In this document: positions 57,062 to 64,000 of the stretch, in pieces
Numbering within the stretch: the first letter of the stretch is position 1
Layout of the letters: each line of letters begins with the position of its first letter
From: a virus
Virus record (IMG/VR): IMGVR_UViG_3300009008_000024
Coordinates: 16,802-80,801 of that record
Strand: one strand, 5' to 3'
Length of the DNA stretch: 64,000 bases
The notes under the pieces: generated by a model
What the model was told of the DNA's origin: nothing
What the model saw: only the letters and a program-made list of their open reading frames with translations
The model's database searches: none
Translations under genes and position numbers: made by a program

Positions 57062-58899
57062 AGAACTGCTAGAGGAGACAAGAAGAGCAATCGCGGAGGT
57101 GTTCGGCGAGTTTGTTCGTACCGAAGACATCAATGAGTCTATTTGCCCGACCAAAGATCATCCGGGAGGATGGGCGCCCGGATCCCACGTTGTCATAAGC
57201 ACTGAAAATGGGTTGCCGACTGATGCATATGAACCTTTTCTAGCAGAGAAGTGGATGGAAGTGACAGACAGGTTACCGGATGGATATTTTATTCAGACCA
57301 TTAACCCTGCCATTATGGCAGTTTACGATATTTAAGGAGAACAGATAATGAGTTTAGGATTAGGGTATCAAAAAGATGAAAACCGTACTGAGATAGAGGA
57401 AGTGGAATGGAGCAATGCCACTAAGTTTGTGTTGTGTCGGACACTGGGTGACCGATACGTTAGTGGCGACCCCCATAGATGGTCCATTACATGCGAAAGA
57501 GTTATTCAAGAGACCGGCGCCATAGAGCAGATCACCATCTTCTCAGCGGATACTGAATTCGCTGCCCGCAAAGCATTTAGGTCTCTGCGACGCATAACTG
57601 GTTACATCAACTGTGACAATGAAGTAGCAATACCAGGATTATTTTAGGGAGTATGTTTATGAAGATAGTAGATATGATGATGATCGCAATTGTTGTTTTT
57701 TGCCTCTATGCTTTTGGCAGTGTCGTAATTTCTTGTACGAATTTTACTGCATCGCCTAAATACAAGCAAGAGCATCCGCCAGTTACTAGGGTAGTTTTTG
57801 AGACGCCTGCAATGATTGTGGTGAGAAATCCAGCAACTTTCGAGTGAAAAGGGAGAAGGTCGTATGAGCAATTTGCTTGTGGGTGATTTTATTAATTGTC
57901 GCGGAAATTGGGGGACTGAAGATATACAGTCTGTCGGGGTAATAGAGATTCTAGTAACATCGCAACCGCACCAATCATTAGACGATGGCGAAAGTGTTCG
58001 GGAGGTGCCATGGGACATGGTAAGAAAAAAGAGGGTAATCGTTGTCTTTCATGATGCTCGCAAGGATCAGGAGAGGTGGGCATACTCCTACCAGATTGCT
58101 CCCCTAGGAGATGATCCGAACCATTTCCACTCTCCGCTATACAACGCTAATTGGTACTAGGGGGATATATGAAATGAGACAACATAAACTGCACATAATA
58201 GTCACCAACATAGATTGGGTGACCCGCGATGGCGGGGACGTTCTTCCGGACACTGAAGTGGTGCCCATTTCTTTCTGGGATCTAGAGGATGAAGGTGCCC
58301 TGTCTAAGACCGTTGACAATCATCTGTCACACAAGCACGGTCGCTTCGCGAAGAGGTATGACTTTGGATGGTGCAAGGAATCCGCATGAGTCAATACATG
58401 TATAAGAGGGGGGAACTTGTCTTTTGCTTGATTGCAGAGCATGCGCGCCCCGCTCTGATAATGACATCTCCCACTAGTTGGGACGACATAGTTGAAATAT
58501 ATTGTTTGGGCGAGAAAGGAAATCTTCAGATCAGGTGTAGCAGCGTAAAATTTCACTTTGCTCGCTGCATGCCTAACGGTAGAATCAAGTGGAATTAGGA
58601 CTGGGCGACGTTATTGTCTTCTACAATACCGCAGATAAGAGAAAGTATTATGGGTGGATCATGGAGAGGGGCATGCCCCATACAACCGCGAAAGCAAAAA
58701 ACAAAACGCGCGCCGAACAGGGCGAACAACAAAGACTTTATTGCCCGGAGCAGTGGGTGAGGGTTGTCTGGTTAGGGGCAAAGAAACCCTTTGGGAACGA
58801 ATCAGATGTTTTGAACAAAACGTCCAGATTAATAAGCAGGTATGATATGAATTTGGTAGGGACTTCTAAGGTGCACACGTCTAAAGAGAGGGTACTATA

Positions 58900-59364
58900 A
58901 TGGTAACTGTAAGAGCGAAACACTTGGAGAGCGTATATAATTGGTATGGTTCGCAAGGGATTGAACTAGAGTTGGGTCAATTGCCATGCATTGATCTCTT
59001 GAATAACAGGGTAGTATTAGATAGCGCGTTGGACAACCAACAGTTACTCTTTGCTGCCCTTCATGAGGCGGGTCACTTCATTGTAAATAGCGCCGGGGAT
59101 TGGAAAGATAAGTATCCGGTAAGACAAGAGGTGCGTGATGGAATTATAGATAACAATGATCTCTTTTCGGGCATTGAATTGCTACATGAAGAATACGAAG
59201 CGTGGGAAGAGGGGAGAAAACTAGGCATTGAATTGGGTATCGGAAATCTAGGAACAGATGATGACTGGATCCAGCGAAAGGCAAACGCATTGGTATCGTA
59301 TGTTATGGCACTTAGCACACAGGTACAAGAGTTGGGCGAAAAGATTGATGTCGAAACCAACTAA
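58900..59364 (+). CDS. HExxH metallopeptidase-like protein, paralog of 52163
   Basis: 'ALHEAGH....HEE..AWEEG..L'. Confidence 0.6.
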   Translation: MVTVRAKHLESVYNWYGSQGIELELGQLPCIDLLNNRVVLDSALDNQQLLFAALHEAGHFIVNSAGDWKDKYPVRQEVRDGIIDNNDLFSGIELLHEEYEAWEEGRKLGIELGIGNLGTDDDWIQRKANALVSYVMALSTQVQELGEKIDVETN

Positions 59365-59369
59365 AACAG

Positions 59370-59398
59370 TTGACATATTGGTGATCATGTGATATGAT
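59370..59398 (+). promoter_or_regulatory. sigma70-type early promoter
   Basis: TTGACA-17-TATGAT with TG extension. Confidence 0.8.
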
Positions 59399-61999
59399 GG
59401 GTCATATCAAAAAAATAGGGGACTAATCCCAGAAGAAAGGCGAGATCAGAGATGAGAAAGATAACCGATAGAGCATTTAAGGCATTTAGAGAAAACAAAA
59501 ACTTTTCATTAAGCAATACATGCGTGTCAAGCAATGAGGATCAAACGCTTATGTTTTTGCATGGTAACTGTATCGCGAAGAAGTGCCGTAAGAGTGGTAT
59601 TGTGGAAATTACTACAGCGGGATGGAATACGCCCACCACTAAAGAGAGGTTGAAACCGTTTGCGTGCGTACACACTATCAAGTACGAATTGCACTTGGAT
59701 GGCATGCCATGGACCGGCGAATGGACAACTATTTGCGACACCACACCATGGCGATGACCAAGAATGGCAGAGTATACAATAGCAAAAATGATTTGTGACT
59801 TTGAGCGTACACTAGAAGAATATACGAAGGGCAATACTGATATTGATATGCTTTTTAGGGAGTTTAGGCGCCTTAAGGCAGGAATACCCAGTGTGGTTTC
59901 GAGGTATTGTGATGATTTTTCGTCGCCAGAATACCATACAATATTGCGAGAAATGGAGAAAAAAGAAGATGTCTCAGACTAAGGAAGCAAAGCGGGCAGC
60001 AGCAGAAGCGCGTCAGATTGAATACGATAAATTGACATTGGAGCAGAAACTTGAAAGAGCATTAGTGTATGGGGATTACACTAAGCAGGTGTCGAAGTTA
60101 AAAAAGAAGATTGAAAGAGAGCAGAAAAAAGAGAGAGTTGCTCCAAAAAATCGCAAACCCAACGTAAAACCCAAGAAGAAAGAAAAGTAATGATTTTTTA
60201 TGCTATATGCTTTTTTCTGCTCTGCGCCATATGGCCAAACAGGTGGTAAGGGGCGCGCATGTTTAAATTAATTGTGGTGCTATCTTTGGCATATATTTGC
60301 CTGAAGTTATCAGATATAACTGGCGATAAGCAGAGGAGAAGAGATGCTGAACCTTGATGATTATGTGTGGCAACGCGCCTGGTCACATATCCACGATGGA
60401 TACGTGAAGATTATTAAAGTGCGTGAAGATAGCAGAGGAATCGCAATCTATGATTGCGATTTGTGCGTACCCCCAAAGGATCATCCAACTGGCATGTGCC
60501 TGCACCGAAGAGAAGAACTAGGCGAGATCCAATGGATACCCTATAGGAATTCGCCTAGTGAGCACTGAATATACATATCCAGTCCTAAAGGTTACAAAAA
60601 AACAAATTGAAAAACATGCCCTGCTGTGTAGTAGGTTTGATTGTAGCGCTAGGTTGCCTCAGCATGAAATAGTTGAAAGTGAGGAGGAGGCAGAACTAGT
60701 GGGAACATGGTATGGCAAAGGGAACCCCGAAAGGGGAAAACCAGGAATAATGTATATTACCATCTTTCCCGATGGTTCAAGTAGCAGATAAGAGGAGTCA
60801 TATATGGGAATACATAGTCAGGTTGTAGTGGCGCTAAAGACACGTGTTTATAACCAACTCTCCAGAGAGACGGTTGGGTGGTTGAATAAGTGTGATAGGG
60901 TGGAGGCAGTACCGGGAGAATTGGGTGGCATCTCTTTTCGGTGGTCTTTTACTAAGTGGGGGTATTGCAAGAGTTCGACCCTCCTATACGAAGAGTTGGA
61001 TGCAATTGACACGGAAGACTATTTAGTGCTAGTAGCATGCCATGACTATCCCTTTTCGGAAGAAGGTGATGTGGGTTGTTGGGATGAAAACCCCTGGAAC
61101 TACTACAAGCACACTGAAACAACAATAGAAGAGAGTGCAATATAGGCGAATGTTTAATGTTGGAGATCTTGTTCGCTGGGAAGGCGCCGACGCCAATGAC
61201 GGTCATGCTTTTGAAGTCGAGGCATACGGCATTGTGGTGGGTATACAAGAGACGAACGTTAGGGTACACTGGATTGCAGGTACCGCACTAGACAAGTGGC
61301 GCGCATGGGGTCTTACTTGCTTTAGCGTCATGAACGAGCAATACTTAGAAAAAAAAGGATAGAAAGATGCAAGATTTTCGTACACACTTACAAAAACACG
61401 AACAGTTTAGGAATGCCAATAAACTCATTGATGCTGGCGATTATAAACTATCCATCCAAGCAAATGAGGTGGCGTATTGTTCGCCTCGTCGTACCCTTGA
61501 TGATGTTTATGATTATAAGTCTTTTGAGGTTGTCATTAAGAGGTTTTATGGTGATAAAGCAAGCGTTTGGGTCCACCCTTCTTCTATTGAGGGGTTGGAT
61601 AAGAGGTTTGATGAGTTGTTTTGTAGAGAGGACAACATTGGTGGATATATGCAGGTAAAGGATATTCAAGAACTATACGAGTTTTTGTGTGGAGAGTGGG
61701 AAGGAGGATCCAATTATGAGGATTGATGTGTATGATAATCCAATTGGTACGAAGGTGTATGTAAAGATACACAATGATCGACCAATCATAGGCAATAAAT
61801 ACCGCAGTGCGGAAGTTTTGCTCAGATGCTATGCGCCCACCTACCCAACCAGAGAAGAGTGTTATATGGTACAATTTTGTGACAATGGGAGCAAGAAGGC
61901 AGTGCCGGTTAGTTTGTGCGTCAGGGGATATGATATGACAGATGAGATGAGAGAAAACATTTTATAGTTAGGTCAATTCAAAAAACCGAACTAAACCTC

Positions 62000-62028
62000 T
62001 TGACATTCTGCTCTAAATGTGGTATAAT
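62000..62028 (+). promoter_or_regulatory. sigma70-type early promoter
   Basis: TTGACA-17-TATAAT with TG extension. Confidence 0.85.
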
Positions 62029-64000
62029 AGGGAGGAAACAAGGGATCATTTATACCATTGATCTCTACTTAGGACACCTCCAGAAAAGGATCAAATAGTG
62101 ACTATTTTGACCACCCCGAACCAGAAAAAGCATTCTTATAGCGCCAACGTCAAGGCAATGACTGATCGTCAATTGGAGCAATTAAACATTCTTGTGAGAA
62201 AAGAGATCGGAGATCGATACCGCAAAAAGCATTGCGAAGGAATGTTCGAGTTTGATGGCAAACCAATGCACAAAGAGCAAGCGATAGAGGCGTTTATCTC
62301 TAATAGGAAGGAAAGGGAATCCTCTATCAAGAGGGCACTAGGAAATTTGCCTACAGATGCACAAAATTACCTTAAACATATGGGCGATTTGTACCGGCAT
62401 GCACTACGCAATAAGAACGAGCAAGGCGCTCATCGTATGCACGATTTAATGCTCAAGAAGTTGCTTGAGCACAATATGGCAGATAAGGCAGATAATATCA
62501 TCGAACAACTCTATTCATAGACAAAGATCGCCGGCAATTTTTTCACATACAAAGACAGAGGGTTAGAAGGATGATGAAGGCGATGACAGTTTTAGTGGTG
62601 ATTGAGCGACTTATGACGTTTGCTTTTGCTGTGTTGTTGCTCACTAAAGGCGCAGCAGCAATTGACTTGGTTAAGGTAGACGTTTCTTGGTATGCTGTTT
62701 TTGCCCCTTTGGGGGTTAACTTGTTGCTGCTTCCGATTAGTATGCTAATCGTAAAGAGACAACTTGATACTATCAACCAAAAGGGAACATTATGGTAGCA
62801 AGGGGCGATATTGTAAAGTTTAAGCACATTTATAATAATTGTGACTTGAACTATAAATTGGGCATCTATATGGGCGAGTGCCCACCAATCGGACCTATGA
62901 ATGTGATAAATCATGCCGTATGGATACCCGGAATGGGTTATAGAATTATAGACAAGGGACTCTTAGGGAGTCTATACATGGTCGGAGGAAGTAAAGATGA
63001 CTAGCGAAACAAGAAAAAACCTTACAACTGCGATGTTTAGTCCATCGTTTCCAGTAAACCCTATCCCATTTGCCAATGGTATTAGTGAGATGGTTATGAA
63101 TGGGGGGACAGACGCTATTAAAAGCGATGAAGTAAAGAAAGTTTTGTGGGTATTGATGGCACAAGCATACGGTCAGATGGCAACAATTGATCTTAGCGAC
63201 GAATGGTCACGGTTGTATGGTGCCGAGTAGGTTTTTTTACCCGGTTTTTTACCCATTTAAACGCCTAAAACGGCACTTTTGAAAGATAAAGAAAAAAAGG
63301 TATAAAGATGCAAGAAGAAACGTGTAAAGTGTGTGAAGCGAGTGAGTATGATAAGATCATGACGGAAGAGTCAAATGGTGATACTATATGCACCGACTGT
63401 TATGAAGAGAAACATTATAACTCTTTAGAGTATAATGGGGAGGAGTGGTAAAAGATGCTTACGGATGTGATTAAAGTATGTGAAATTGATTGGGAAACAG
63501 ACGGTGAAGAAGTTGACTTGCCCAATAACGTGACAATTGATATTGCAGAACTTGATGCTTTTGAGTTGGAATCCGAAGAGCAGATAAACGAAGCAATTTG
63601 TGACCACTTGTCAGACACTTATGGTTACCTTGTAAGTGGGTATACTCGAATGAATTGGGCATATTAGAAGGGAGGCGGGCATGTTATTTAGTGATATTGC
63701 AACAGCAAAAGTGATGCCATATGAGAAGGCAGAGAGAATCGCAGAAGCGAACAACAAAGACGATCCAGAATGGGAATACATCGTGGAAAGGATAGTTTAT
63801 AATAAGCACTACCCAACCGCAGTTATTCGTGTACATGATGAAGATGGTCGTTGTTTGGGTTGGTTGTAAAAAAAGAGAAGAAAGAAAGGAAAAAGTATAA
63901 TGAAAAAAGGCGATAAAGTATGGTTCACCGATCCAGATGAAGATTTATCTAGTGGGTGGTATAATGTAGATTATATTTGTGGAGAGGTGTATTCTCTTAG

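Larger units (their letters stand above)
53793..63869 (+). other. Dense array of about 30 small + strand hypothetical ORFs (early/host-takeover region)
   Basis: Tightly packed 60-150 aa ORFs, many ATGA-overlapped with GGAG/AAGG SDs, under sigma70 promoters. Confidence 0.7.

Noticed and set aside
63230-63256. GGTTTTTT(T)ACCC near-duplicate
   Set aside because: Only two short copies in a small intergenic gap; cannot distinguish from a weak terminator or chance.
1-64000. Stop-codon reassignment (as in some jumbo phages)
   Set aside because: Conserved genes are full-length in code 11, TAA, TAG and TGA all terminate genes, and no suppressor tRNA was found.

Overview
This window is 64 kb of a large (probably jumbo) contractile-tailed dsDNA bacteriophage, with essentially all genes on the + strand. 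Positions 1-15.5 kb hold a T4-like neck/tail/baseplate module: neck proteins, tail terminator, sheath, tube, a gp26/gp51-like chaperone pair, tape measure, LysM wedge and hub. Positions 15.5-37.6 kb hold replication and nucleotide-metabolism genes: a minimal PolA-family polymerase, divergent tubulin/FtsZ, gp32-like SSB, RecA, 5'-3' exonuclease, DnaB-like helicase, class II RNR, GroES-like, ThyX, Hsp20, DnaE, DNA methyltransferases, dUTPase and four tRNAs (Glu-UUC, Leu-UAA, Ile-UAU, Gly-GCC). Positions 37.6-64 kb hold accessory and early genes: GroEL, a Cys-rich vWA lipoprotein, a VanY-like peptidase, a MoxR-AAA/vWA module, a PD-(D/E)xK nuclease, a Dam-like methylase and many small ORFs. Two promoter classes are readable from the sequence: about 13 near-consensus sigma70 promoters, and a motif ACTAnTTAY found before the structural genes and also before scattered genes in non-structural regions. 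The most notable observations are: (i) scattered motif-driven genes, some carrying a shared N-terminal leader (MKxhhENFKx[YF]hxE) and (L/V/M)-x-E sites resembling prohead-protease cleavage sites, suggesting a capsid-cargo addressing system that includes a toxin-like + L,D-transpeptidase polyprotein; (ii) a TTT-TTT-T +1/-2 frameshift candidate joining gp26-like and gp51-like tail chaperones; (iii) strong depletion of RGCY tetranucleotides in hand-counted samples; (iv) tRNA-Ile(UAU). All family assignments come from motif recognition by eye, not from database searches.
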